Positions 19,590 to 29,260 of a DNA stretch of 64,000 nucleotides are shown here, piece by piece (position 1 is the stretch's first letter; each line of letters starts with the position of its first letter). A program made the position numbers and the translations under genes. The notes beneath the pieces are model-generated. The model was given only the letters and a program-made list of their open reading frames with translations, searched no databases and was not told the DNA's origin. This DNA comes from Halobacteriovoraceae bacterium (GTDB lineage: Bacteria; Bdellovibrionota; Bacteriovoracia; Bacteriovoracales; Bacteriovoracaceae): the NCBI GenBank assembly GCA_963719505.1, contig CAVRCF010000005.1:512001-576000 (forward strand). Reading direction: 5' to 3'.

Positions 19590-20504
19590 ATGACAACTCA
19601 AACTAAAACAACGACAGCTCAACTCAATAAAGATCTATTTGAAAGTCTGCTTGAACTTATTCGCGTGACTTCGACAGTTATCCCTGACGATGTCCAAAGA
19701 GTGATTATGAAAGCTCTCAAAAGCGAGAAGAAAAACACATCTGCAAAATATGCCATGGACATTATTGACGCCAATATAAAAATGGCAAAAACAAAGTCTC
19801 AACCTATTTGTCAGGATACGGGAACCATTGTTTTTAAAGTTTATCACCCAGCTGGTTTCTCTCAATTGGCCTTTAGAAAAATTATTGAAAAAGCGGTTAT
19901 TAAAGCGACAAAGCTTGGTTATCTTCGCCAAAACTCAGTGGACACTCTTACAGGGAAGAATGAATGCATGAATGTTGGTGGTGGACATCCTCAAATAAAC
20001 TTCATCGAGACGACGAAAAAAAATATTGAAGTAAAACTCATGCTCAAAGGTGGAGGCTGTGAAAATGTCGGTGCCCAGTACGCCATGCCATACACACCTC
20101 TTGAAGCCGGACGCGATCTGGCGGGAGTGAGAAAAGTTATTCTCGATGCCATTCAAAAAGCTCAGGGAAAAGGCTGTGGTCCAGGAACCCTAGGAGTCTG
20201 TATTGGTGGAGATAGGGCCTCTGGCTACGCCCATGCAAAAGAGCAACTTCTGAGAACTATGGATGATGAAAATCCAATAAAAGATCTCGCAAAACTTGAA
20301 AAAGATATTGTTACAACGGCCAATAAACTTGGAATTGGACCCATGGGCTTTGGGGGAAAGACAACTCTTTTGGGATGTAAAATTGGGGCGATCAATAGAC
20401 TTCCGGCCTCTTATTACGTTTCCATCTCTTATATGTGTTGGGCCTTTAGACGCCAAGGTGTAAGCCTTAATAAAAACCATAAAATTTCAAAGTGGTTATA
20501 CTAG
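19590..20504 (+). CDS. class I Fe-S fumarate hydratase/tartrate dehydratase, alpha subunit
   Basis: PICQDTG, LRQNSV, KGGGCEN, GKGCGPG, LGIGPMGFGG, CWA. Confidence 0.9.
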   Translation: MTTQTKTTTAQLNKDLFESLLELIRVTSTVIPDDVQRVIMKALKSEKKNTSAKYAMDIIDANIKMAKTKSQPICQDTGTIVFKVYHPAGFSQLAFRKIIEKAVIKATKLGYLRQNSVDTLTGKNECMNVGGGHPQINFIETTKKNIEVKLMLKGGGCENVGAQYAMPYTPLEAGRDLAGVRKVILDAIQKAQGKGCGPGTLGVCIGGDRASGYAHAKEQLLRTMDDENPIKDLAKLEKDIVTTANKLGIGPMGFGGKTTLLGCKIGAINRLPASYYVSISYMCWAFRRQGVSLNKNHKISKWLY

Positions 20505-20522
20505 TAGCGAGGATAATAGATT

Positions 20523-21089
20523 ATGAAAAAATTAGACTACCCTTTTAAGAAAGCGGATATAAAAAAATTAAAAGTTGGAGATATGGTTTTAATCTCCGGA
20601 AAGATGTTCACTGGTCGAGATGCTGTTCATCATAAAATTCACAAAGGGGCAAAGCCACCGGTGGATCTCAAAAATCAAATCATCTACCACTGTGGACCAG
20701 TTGTCTTAGAAACGAGTAAAGGAAAATACGAAGTTAAAGCGGCTGGACCTACAACTTCAATAAGAGAAGAACCTTACCAGTGGGAAGTTATGCGTGACTA
20801 CGGAATTATCGGAGTTATTGGAAAAGGTGGAATGGGTCCAAAGACACTTGCCGCTTGCAAAAAATATGGCTGTGTTTATATGCATGCTATCGGTGGTGCG
20901 GCTCAGGTTCTGGCAGAGAAAATTGTCTCTGTCGATAATGTTTACTGGAAAGAGCTTGGAAGTCCGGAGGCGATTTGGGAACTTACGGTAAAAGATTTTC
21001 CCGTTGTTATTACTATGGACGCCCACGGAAACTCTCTTCATTCTGAGGTTGAAGATGCATCTTCTAAGAAGCTTCAGTCTCTTTTATAG
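20523..21089 (+). CDS. class I Fe-S fumarate hydratase, beta subunit
   Basis: TGRDAVH, YHCGPV, AGPTTSIR, GKGG, MDAHGNSLH. Confidence 0.9.
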   Translation: MKKLDYPFKKADIKKLKVGDMVLISGKMFTGRDAVHHKIHKGAKPPVDLKNQIIYHCGPVVLETSKGKYEVKAAGPTTSIREEPYQWEVMRDYGIIGVIGKGGMGPKTLAACKKYGCVYMHAIGGAAQVLAEKIVSVDNVYWKELGSPEAIWELTVKDFPVVITMDAHGNSLHSEVEDASSKKLQSLL

Positions 21090-21840
21090 TTTTATTATTT
21101 TGTTAAGCGATGCCAGCGCCCTTGAATTCATCGCCCACAGGGGTGAGAGTGCGAACTACCCCGAAAATACTTTAAGCGCCATCTCTGGAGCATTAGAGTC
21201 TCAATTTAACTATATCGAGATAGACGTTCAAATGAGTAAGGATCATAAAATTATCGTTATTCATGATGACTCCGTCGACCGAACCACAAGTCAGACAGGT
21301 TTAGTGAAAGACTACACTCTTAGTGAAATCAAAACGATCGACCCTACTATTCCAGAACTCTCAGAAGTCTTGGCTCTTTTTAAAAAAACCTCCATCCCTC
21401 TCATCATAGAGGTCAAAAATTCAGGAAATAAAAACAAAGGCATTGAGAAGATCATTGCTGAAGCCGTCAAAAAATCTAAAGCTAAGAACATTATCTATAA
21501 GTCATTTACTAAAAAGGTGCTCGATCGCTTTAGAAGCCTGGATGATAAAAAGCTTCTGTATGTCACACTTGGAAATATACCTTTTACTGGTCTCTACATT
21601 GATGACTGGCCAAGATTCGGATCAATTTTTGATTACAAAGATGTGGATTTTTATCAGGTCCACAGATATTTCATCAATGAGAACTCAAAGAAGATGGCAA
21701 AGAAACGAGGAGCAAAGCTCATTGCTTGGGATGTTCAAGATATAACGACCGTAAATAAAATGAATCAATATGGTGTTGATATTATAGAAACAGATTATCC
21801 ACCAGCAAGCTTTACTGAAAATCCTAACTTCTCTAAGTAA
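21055..21840 (+). CDS. glycerophosphodiester phosphodiesterase, secreted
   Basis: IAHRG, PENTL, IEIDV, IHD, IEVK, IETDYP; start 21055 with a GAGG RBS. Confidence 0.88.
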   Translation: MHLLRSFSLFYSFIILLSDASALEFIAHRGESANYPENTLSAISGALESQFNYIEIDVQMSKDHKIIVIHDDSVDRTTSQTGLVKDYTLSEIKTIDPTIPELSEVLALFKKTSIPLIIEVKNSGNKNKGIEKIIAEAVKKSKAKNIIYKSFTKKVLDRFRSLDDKKLLYVTLGNIPFTGLYIDDWPRFGSIFDYKDVDFYQVHRYFINENSKKMAKKRGAKLIAWDVQDITTVNKMNQYGVDIIETDYPPASFTENPNFSK

Positions 21841-22142
21841 GCTTTCATCTTCTCTCTGCAATCGCCCTGAACCTCGATAGTATCATTTTTATAAGATCCA
21901 CCGCTTCCGCAAGTTTTTTTCAAATCCTTGGCCAATTTTTGAAAATATTTGGGATTGTGAGGAAGATCTTTAATCAATGAGACCGTCTTTCCTCCCCTTT
22001 TGTTTATTTCAAGCCAAATTCTCAAATCAATCTCTGAAGGTTTGATCTCTTGGACACTTTTATCTTCAGAGACTTTTCTTTGATCTCCATCTTCTTCGGA
22101 CCACAATAGGTTTACTTTTTCTTTTTTAATGAGCTTTGCCAC
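21795..22142 (-). CDS. yciH: SUI1/eIF1-family translation initiation factor
   Basis: RGGKTVS, LKKTCGSGG, IEVQGD, KLAGG; GTG start with a GAGG RBS. Confidence 0.88.
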   Translation of the reverse strand: MAKLIKKEKVNLLWSEEDGDQRKVSEDKSVQEIKPSEIDLRIWLEINKRGGKTVSLIKDLPHNPKYFQKLAKDLKKTCGSGGSYKNDTIEVQGDCREKMKAYLEKLGFSVKLAGG

Positions 22143-22213
22143 AAAATTCCTCTCTTAGATTTTACTTATTAAGACTTTCGGGGGTATAAAGCCATAATAA
22201 TAAAGGAGTCACC

Positions 22214-22978
22214 ATGAAGCTAGTAATTATTTTTTCACTTCTCATCACCCAAGCCTTTGCCCAGACGAGACAACAAATTGTTGATGAGGCTTCAAAACTA
22301 ATTGATAACGCAAATTATTCTAATGCTGACCAGCGCACTCTAAGTCGCGCGTTAAATCTCGTTCAAAGAGCGAATCTTCTTTTGGACAATGGAGACACAA
22401 GACCTGATACCGGGAAGGTATGTACTATTAGTGGTTCTAATAATTGGGTCTACATAGATGTTAATGGAACGAGAGCTCATTCAATTTACAATAACGGAAC
22501 TGAAGTTTTGGCAAAAGTCAGAGCTTTAGGCTGTAAAAGGCACTCAATAAACGTCACGGTCTTTGCGTCGACTCAGTGGAACTATTTAAAGGTTGGAGAC
22601 ACTAATATCTTCTCATTTTATAATAGTGGCGACCTGCTGATGAGTGCCCTAGAGAGCATCCAAACGATCGATGCTTTCAATATTGATATTCAAGAGGCGA
22701 CACTTACATCGAATAATAATTGGGTTTACCTAAAACTATCAGGTCATAGTATCTTCTCTTTTTACAATAGCCCTGATCAAGCAATCTTAAAAATTGAACA
22801 ATACCCGATTTTAAAAAATCTCATGAGAAGGAATCGTCACCAATGTTCCATTCAACAATCAAACGGATGGTCTTATGTTTATTTTGATCAGTCAGCGATT
22901 TATTCTTATTATAATAACTGGAGCCAAGCAGAACAAAAGTTAAACTACCTTATCGCTCTTGGAATATGTTTAAGATAA
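22214..22978 (+). CDS. secreted protein with four aromatic beta repeats
   Basis: AGGAG RBS, signal peptide, four W-x-Y..S-x-Y-N repeats. Confidence 0.7.
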   Translation: MKLVIIFSLLITQAFAQTRQQIVDEASKLIDNANYSNADQRTLSRALNLVQRANLLLDNGDTRPDTGKVCTISGSNNWVYIDVNGTRAHSIYNNGTEVLAKVRALGCKRHSINVTVFASTQWNYLKVGDTNIFSFYNSGDLLMSALESIQTIDAFNIDIQEATLTSNNNWVYLKLSGHSIFSFYNSPDQAILKIEQYPILKNLMRRNRHQCSIQQSNGWSYVYFDQSAIYSYYNNWSQAEQKLNYLIALGICLR

Positions 22979-22979
22979 A

Positions 22980-23531
22980 ATGAAGTATATTGCCTTTTAC
23001 AAGCCCTATGGAGTTCTATGTCAGTTTACTGGAGAAGCTGGGGATAGAACTCTATCAGAATTCGATCTCCCTAAAGGTGTATACGCAGCAGGTAGATTAG
23101 ATAAAGACAGTGAAGGCCTTCTCGTTTTAACAGACGATGGGCTTTTCAATCAAAAATTGACCAACCCTAAATCCAATAAAGAAAAAACTTATCTTGTTCA
23201 GGTTGAAAACACTCCCTCATCTGAAAAGCTAGAAACACTCTCTCGTGGTGTTATCATCAAAGGCGGATATAAAACTCTCCCCTGCAAAGCTAAGTTAATC
23301 TCAGACCCTGGCTTTGAACCTAGAGACCCTCCTATCAGAGAAAGAAAAAGTATCCCAACAGCATGGTTAGAGATAAAACTTGTTGAAGGGAAAAATAGAC
23401 AAGTTCGAAGTATGACAGCTAGTATAGATCACCCTACATTGAGACTTATAAGAGTATCTGTAGGTAAATTAAATATTGAACAACTAAAACCTGGTCAATG
23501 GATTCAGGTTAAAAAGGAAGACATATTATGA
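22980..23531 (+). CDS. rluE: rRNA pseudouridine synthase (RsuA/RluE family)
   Basis: YKPYGVLCQF, AGRLDKDSEGL, PPIRERK, EGKNRQVR. Confidence 0.85.
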   Translation: MKYIAFYKPYGVLCQFTGEAGDRTLSEFDLPKGVYAAGRLDKDSEGLLVLTDDGLFNQKLTNPKSNKEKTYLVQVENTPSSEKLETLSRGVIIKGGYKTLPCKAKLISDPGFEPRDPPIRERKSIPTAWLEIKLVEGKNRQVRSMTASIDHPTLRLIRVSVGKLNIEQLKPGQWIQVKKEDIL

Positions 23532-23782
23532 AAACAGAGATCTCAATAGATCCAAAAACTATGGATGCAAAAATACAATTTCAATTTGATGATTTCAAAG
23601 GGCCTATAGATTTTAAGAATTCTGTCGCTATTATTTCCATGATTGCTGGAGACTTTAGTTTAGACCCTGAGCTAGAGTTAGAGGATTTAACAGATTTAGT
23701 GGTCCAGGGTAAAGAAGCTGGCAACACATCCATCATCTTTGAAATTGGAGAGGATGGTATTGAAGCTGAGTTCTCTAAATAG
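23528..23782 (+). CDS. small acidic hypothetical protein
   Basis: 84 aa ORF with an ATGA overlap to rluE. Confidence 0.6.
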   Translation: MKTEISIDPKTMDAKIQFQFDDFKGPIDFKNSVAIISMIAGDFSLDPELELEDLTDLVVQGKEAGNTSIIFEIGEDGIEAEFSK

Positions 23783-24001
23783 CTGTAATTAAACAAATGT
23801 GTAGTTTTCTACATATTTGGGTATGACAAAGACAAATATTAATTATATTTTAAATCCAATTAGTTGGGGAATTAATTAAAAGAGATATTGTTTTACGCGG
23901 TGTGTAATTAGTACATTTAACTGATTATCTTACAATGAGATCGAAATTTTGTGTTTAAATCATTTAGAAACAAAATTCGAAACACGCATAGGAGCAATAC
24001 G

Positions 24002-24871
24002 ATGAGAAAAACATTTTTGGCAGTTTCTGCATTTGCACTGACCATGGGAGCATTTGCACAGACAAATACGACCACTACATCAGTAAAAAAATCAACATTT
24101 GACAAAATTAAAGAGAAAACATCTCTTGGATATTTCTCCGAGTACGGGGCAGAACTAAGTAATCCTAATAGCTCAGCGAACCTAAGACCAAATATTTGGA
24201 ACTCTATAAAAGCTAAATATCAAGTTAACAAGGCCACATCTGCCTTTATTGCCCATACTTTTACGTTAAACCAGTTTGAGGAATCAAATAGAGACGATGA
24301 CGGAAATAGAACGAACCTAAGAAGATACACTGATAGCGATATCAGAATTGGTGCTGAAACTTGGGGGAAATATAACAGTAATGTAAGTTTTAGAAATAGA
24401 GTGAGACTTGAAACAGCAGCAAACGGTGACTTAGCTTTTGGCCCTTCTGGGGTTGTTGGCGATGACGCTGATATGTTGGGCAGAATTAGAGCATCTCATT
24501 TAGCGACAACAACAGTGGGAAGACTTAGTCTGACAGGTGTTGCAACGTTTAGAAAATGGTTTTTCAACGACGCTGAAGTTGCCGACAATGCATCACAATT
24601 CGACCTTATTCCAACAGCAGTTGCTGAATATGCAATTACAGATAAAGTCACAGCTTACGCTGAATATTCAAAGTTCATTATGCACAGAGGAACAGAGGAA
24701 ATTTCTTTCGTTGAAGAGGGATACCAAGAACTCTATATGGGATCAAATATTTCTATCGCAAGTGGTTTTAACCTCGGTATTTTTGCTTACTTGAGTGGAT
24801 TTGGTGCTGCTGGAATGGTGCCAGACGAAAACATGGCCATGAGAATACAAGTCTCTGGAGCAATCTTCTAA
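24002..24871 (+). CDS. outer-membrane beta-barrel protein, hypothetical
   Basis: AGGAG RBS, signal peptide, amphipathic strands, C-terminal Phe (QVSGAIF), own terminator. Confidence 0.7.
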   Translation: MRKTFLAVSAFALTMGAFAQTNTTTTSVKKSTFDKIKEKTSLGYFSEYGAELSNPNSSANLRPNIWNSIKAKYQVNKATSAFIAHTFTLNQFEESNRDDDGNRTNLRRYTDSDIRIGAETWGKYNSNVSFRNRVRLETAANGDLAFGPSGVVGDDADMLGRIRASHLATTTVGRLSLTGVATFRKWFFNDAEVADNASQFDLIPTAVAEYAITDKVTAYAEYSKFIMHRGTEEISFVEEGYQELYMGSNISIASGFNLGIFAYLSGFGAAGMVPDENMAMRIQVSGAIF

Positions 24872-24908
24872 ATAAAAAAACACTGAAAATATCATGGCCC
24901 AAGATAAG

Positions 24909-24932
24909 AAGCCCTCGCAAGAGGGCTTTTTT
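24909..24932 (+). terminator. Rho-independent terminator
   Basis: AAGCCCTC-GCAA-GAGGGCTTTTTT. Confidence 0.85.
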
Positions 24933-24981
24933 ATTGGTATATTATCCTCTTGATACGAAACAAGTAAAAAGGAATAAGTTT

Positions 24982-25743
24982 ATGCTAATAGTCGTCTCTC
25001 CGGCCAAGAAGCTCGATTTTGACTCAGCTCCGCCTACCCAGGAACATTCTCAACCACAGTTTCTAGATACCACTAAGAAAATAATAAAAGACCTCAAAAA
25101 ACTAGAAGCATCCGAGCTGATGAAACTGATGAAAATCAGTCAGACGCTGGGTGAATTAAATTATAATCGAAATCAAAATTTTAAAACTCCTTTTAGTTTA
25201 AAAAATGCCAAGCAAGCGGCTTTCGCTTTTAAAGGCGATACTTACCAGGGTCTTGAATTTGAATCCTTCTCCAAAGCCCAGATGAATTATGCTCAAAACC
25301 ACTTTCGTATTCTCTCTGGCCTTTACGGACTTTTGAAACCACTTGACCTCATCCAGCCCTATCGACTTGAGATGGGAACCAGCTTTGGGATTGGGAAAGA
25401 GAAGAATCTCTATGGCGTATGGAGAGAACAAATTACACAAACCCTTCAACAAGAGCTTAAGAAAGAGAAAACTCTGGTCAATCTTGCAAGTAAAGAATAT
25501 TTCTCAGCCATCGAGTTTGAATCCCTTGATGCTCAAGTGATAACCCCAGTTTTCAAAGAACAAAAGAATGGCAAATACAAAATCATCAGCTTTAATGCCA
25601 AAAGGGCCAGAGGAATGATGAGCCAATTTATCCTTAAAAATAAAATTGACTCTATAGAGGGGCTCAAAAAATTTGATATGGATAATTATAAATTTAATAG
25701 CGAAATGAGCTCCAGTGAGGAACTCGTATTCACGAGGTCTTAA
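24982..25743 (+). CDS. yaaA: peroxide stress protein YaaA
   Basis: SPAKKLDF, FKGDTY, LSGLYGLLKPLD, YRLEMG, NLASKEY, AKRARG. Confidence 0.92.
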   Translation: MLIVVSPAKKLDFDSAPPTQEHSQPQFLDTTKKIIKDLKKLEASELMKLMKISQTLGELNYNRNQNFKTPFSLKNAKQAAFAFKGDTYQGLEFESFSKAQMNYAQNHFRILSGLYGLLKPLDLIQPYRLEMGTSFGIGKEKNLYGVWREQITQTLQQELKKEKTLVNLASKEYFSAIEFESLDAQVITPVFKEQKNGKYKIISFNAKRARGMMSQFILKNKIDSIEGLKKFDMDNYKFNSEMSSSEELVFTRS

Positions 25744-25744
25744 T

Positions 25745-27076
25745 ATGTTAATAAAAAAAACGATTCGAAGCATACCGGAGCTCAAAGAACATATACTGAC
25801 CCACGCACCAAGTTTTTACTTCTCCTCGCAAACCTCGACAGTCGTGCCTTACGATAAGCTTGAAAAGATCTTCAGTGGTGATAAAGACTATGTCCTATGT
25901 GACCTGTCTCAAATGCCGACAAAAATGACCTTAAAAGACAACGGCAACCTTCATATGGTTGGCGGTGTTAGCTGGAAAGAGGCCCGAGAGTTTCTTAAAA
26001 CAAAAAACCGCACGATTAAAACAGCTCCCACGGAAGAGCTTGCCCTTATTTCAGCTGGAGCAGCCACTAGTTGCACTGGAGAGAGGTGTTTTAAGTTTGG
26101 AAACTTGAGGTCCCAAATAACGGCTTTAAAATACATAAACTATAAAGGCGAAGAAATCACACTGAGCAGCGATCAGGAAATTGAACAAGACCTTACCCAC
26201 TTAAAAAGTTATCAAACTGACTTCTCCCATTACGAAGAATATAAAAATGCTCCCTACCCAAGATTTGAAAAAGAAATTGATCTCATGATTGGAACAGAGG
26301 GACAACTCGGTGTCATTACAGAAATAGAGATCGAAACCACCGAAGATGTGAATGTGAACCATCTCTTTATGCTGCTTCCAAAATGGGAAGACAATACGGA
26401 CCTTCACTTAGAAGTCGCTCGCAAAGTACAGTCATTTAGAGAGGATATTATTCTTTGTGAGTTTATTGACTCAAATGCCTTTAGCTTTTTAAAAGAAGAA
26501 GACAGACCAAACAATGGAAAAGATGCTCTCTTTTTTGAAATCATCACTGATTCTTTTGAAAAAGTGTATGAAGAATTTATCTCGAATATTGAAGGTGTCA
26601 ATGAAGAAGAAATCTTTGAATTAACAGCAACAAAATTTCACGCATTAAGGGCTTCAATTCCAAGAGCCGTTTTTGAAGAAAACTCAAAAATGGGAGTGAC
26701 TAAAATGGGCACTGACGTCCAAGTCAGTATCGAAAACTTCGAAAGCCTTTTTGATATCTATAAAAGCTTTACCAAAATCGGCGTTCGCTATAATCTCTTT
26801 GGACACTTCGGCGATGCTCATCTTCATTTTAATTTTATGCCCACAGATAAAGATGTAAGCTTGTGCCAAAAAGAGTTTGAAAAACTTTATAAAAAGGTCG
26901 TTGAACTCAAAGGATCTCCTTTCGCAGAACACGGCATTGGGATAATCAAACAAAAATACATCACTGATTTTTGGAGTGAAAACCAAACGAACCTCTTTAA
27001 AGAATTAAAAAAGAAACATGATCCCTATAACCAGTTCTTTCCTCAAGGCTTCATGACACTTGTGGCAAGTTTATGA
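25745..27076 (+). CDS. FAD-linked oxidoreductase (GlcD/D-lactate dehydrogenase-like)
   Basis: IGTEGQLGVIT, FGHFGDAHLHFN, AEHGIG, DPYNQFFPQ. Confidence 0.8.
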   Translation: MLIKKTIRSIPELKEHILTHAPSFYFSSQTSTVVPYDKLEKIFSGDKDYVLCDLSQMPTKMTLKDNGNLHMVGGVSWKEAREFLKTKNRTIKTAPTEELALISAGAATSCTGERCFKFGNLRSQITALKYINYKGEEITLSSDQEIEQDLTHLKSYQTDFSHYEEYKNAPYPRFEKEIDLMIGTEGQLGVITEIEIETTEDVNVNHLFMLLPKWEDNTDLHLEVARKVQSFREDIILCEFIDSNAFSFLKEEDRPNNGKDALFFEIITDSFEKVYEEFISNIEGVNEEEIFELTATKFHALRASIPRAVFEENSKMGVTKMGTDVQVSIENFESLFDIYKSFTKIGVRYNLFGHFGDAHLHFNFMPTDKDVSLCQKEFEKLYKKVVELKGSPFAEHGIGIIKQKYITDFWSENQTNLFKELKKKHDPYNQFFPQGFMTLVASL

Positions 27077-27822
27077 AATTTCTTCTCTTTCTTTTTAGCT
27101 TAAATGCCATTGCTGGCTTTGATCTCTCTTTGGGCACTAGCTTTAGAAGTTATCCTGCCATTGGAGCAGAAATAAACGCAGAAGCTGGATTCAATCAACT
27201 GCTTTGGGGCGAGGTTGATAAAGAGAAACCTTTTTATGGCTTTATTAGACCTGCATTATCTCTGTCAAGTAGTGTTGTGGTAAATAATTACGACGCACGA
27301 ATTGAATTTAATCCCATCTCATTTGTCAGTTTTGTTAGAGGCTATAAACATGTCACCTCAAAGTTTGATGAGTTCTCATTTTACGAATGTCGTAAAGTAC
27401 GATGTACCGGTGATATGAAAAGAGACTATTCAAAACTCAAGTTTGCCCTAGGAAGTCATGGTCTTTTAACTGTGGTTGAACTTGGGATGTATAATAATGA
27501 ATATACCGGCAGCACAGATGAGCAAGTTGCAGAGTTTCGCTTCGCAACCCTTGCAGACTCTCAAAGCGATTCTATGTACCATTCAAGATATGTCTTAGGT
27601 CTAAAGCACGATACAGGCCTCTATGGTCTAATGGCCGACCACACTCTTCTCAATGGCTCAGGTGATACCTATAATATGGATCTGTTTATCTATACGACTA
27701 AAATAGAGAGGTCACTCTATACATTTGGCTTGGGGCAGTTTTATACATCTCAAGTTGATAAAGGCATCATTGCTGTTTTTCAAATGAGAACACAGTTTAT
27801 TGAGGGAATGAATCTTTTTTAA
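27073..27822 (+). CDS. secreted/outer-membrane hypothetical protein
   Basis: Signal peptide, beta-rich, C-terminal Phe, ATGA overlap with the upstream gene. Confidence 0.6.
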   Translation: MKFLLFLFSLNAIAGFDLSLGTSFRSYPAIGAEINAEAGFNQLLWGEVDKEKPFYGFIRPALSLSSSVVVNNYDARIEFNPISFVSFVRGYKHVTSKFDEFSFYECRKVRCTGDMKRDYSKLKFALGSHGLLTVVELGMYNNEYTGSTDEQVAEFRFATLADSQSDSMYHSRYVLGLKHDTGLYGLMADHTLLNGSGDTYNMDLFIYTTKIERSLYTFGLGQFYTSQVDKGIIAVFQMRTQFIEGMNLF

Positions 27823-28106
27823 AATGTACCTGGGCAGTCTGAATTATTAAAAAGGATTTCTCTGTCCTCTTCAGCGCACTGGTTGTTTAAATTATTATCT
27901 CTAAGGGCAAGACAGATTTTATCAAAAGTACTTTCTTTTTGCTCTCCTGTAGTGCAATCCACTTCAGTCAGCTCATATTGATAGAGCTCAGTTACTGCAG
28001 AGTCGACTTGCGCTTCTTGAATTTCTACCTGTGATGAAAACGGGTTAGCCTCTTGCCCACAAGAGATTAAGGTCAATGAAAATAAGGCCAAGATAAGAAC
28101 TTTCAT
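27819..28106 (-). CDS. small lipoprotein with four further Cys
   Basis: MKVLILALFSLTLISC lipobox; start 28106. Confidence 0.7.
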   Translation of the reverse strand: MKVLILALFSLTLISCGQEANPFSSQVEIQEAQVDSAVTELYQYELTEVDCTTGEQKESTFDKICLALRDNNLNNQCAEEDREILFNNSDCPGTF

Positions 28107-28117
28107 ACTCTTATTAG

Positions 28118-28134
28118 AGCAAGTAAGATGCCAG
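28118..28134 (-). promoter_or_regulatory. sigma54 -24/-12 promoter
   Basis: CTGGCATCTTACTTGCT (GG-N10-GC, near consensus); predicted +1 abuts ATG 28106. Confidence 0.6.
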
Positions 28135-28179
28135 TATCTTCGTCCTAATTTCAAGGTCTTAGACGATAGAACTGTTGAA

Positions 28180-29217
28180 TTATTTTACACAGTCTATATC
28201 TTTGCCATTGTGAAAATCGATCACTTCTTCAACTGTACATACTTTATGACCATTATCTAACAGATGATCCATTGTCATTGCCGAGGCAATAACTGATTGA
28301 CTGTGAATATCATGATAGAGGATGATTCCTGAATTCTTAGGAGTCAGCTTCATCTGTTTTATCACCCTATTGAGAATGCTTTGTGGATCTTTATCTTTCC
28401 AATCAAGCGTATCTATATTCCAAAAGATATGAATAAATTTATTTTTTGCGATGACTTTTCTTAAGGTGTTATTTCTCATTCCAGAGCCAAAAGGAAGTCT
28501 AAAGGTAGTGGTATTAACATTTAAAAGCTTTTCTAGATCTGCTTTTGCCGAGGTAATTTCGTATTCTAAAGTTGAAGAATTAGCTTTATTTAAGTCTGGA
28601 TGAGTATAACTATGAAGAGCAATATTCATGCCTGAATCGACCACATACTTTGCCGTTTCAGGATATTTTTTTGCTTGAGAAGTAAGCATGTAAAAGGTTG
28701 CTTTAATGCCTCTTTGGTAGAGATTATCTACAACAGTTTTTGTTTTCGATCCTCTGGGTCCGTCATCAAAGGTTAATGACCAGACTTTTGTTGGAAAGGT
28801 ATTCCCTGTAAGGTTTCCAGAAGTCGTCGTTGAAGGAAATAAAACACTCCCCTCACTTTTTAAGACATCGTCTCTTTGAGCTTTAATCAAATGGGCATGA
28901 GCTGTGATGTCTTGAACAACTTTTGCGTATAGTTTTGAATTGGTAATCTTAAGTAAAGAGAGATCTTTGGACTCGAAATTTTCTCTTTTTTCAATATAGC
29001 TTCGAGCGCTCAATATTTTAGCATAGAGGTGGGTGTTTAATATTGAGTCATCGCTTTTGGTCACAAGGCGTCTATCAAGTTCAGCATCAAACTGATCGAT
29101 TAGCTGATCGACATAAAGAGATGCATATCCTTTTTCAATAGTTTGTTCAAAGGGCTTTTGCTCTTGGGCCCACGCTAGTGAACTCAATATGGCCAGAGGT
29201 AGTATAAGTGACTTCAT
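28180..29217 (-). CDS. secreted CE4 polysaccharide/peptidoglycan GlcNAc deacetylase
   Basis: GGAG RBS, signal peptide, TFDDGP, HSYTH, FRLPFG, WNIDTLDW, LYHD. Confidence 0.88.
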   Translation of the reverse strand: MKSLILPLAILSSLAWAQEQKPFEQTIEKGYASLYVDQLIDQFDAELDRRLVTKSDDSILNTHLYAKILSARSYIEKRENFESKDLSLLKITNSKLYAKVVQDITAHAHLIKAQRDDVLKSEGSVLFPSTTTSGNLTGNTFPTKVWSLTFDDGPRGSKTKTVVDNLYQRGIKATFYMLTSQAKKYPETAKYVVDSGMNIALHSYTHPDLNKANSSTLEYEITSAKADLEKLLNVNTTTFRLPFGSGMRNNTLRKVIAKNKFIHIFWNIDTLDWKDKDPQSILNRVIKQMKLTPKNSGIILYHDIHSQSVIASAMTMDHLLDNGHKVCTVEEVIDFHNGKDIDCVK

Positions 29218-29260
29218 AGAATAATCTCCTTGGAACAATGAGATTATCACGGCCTGTAAA

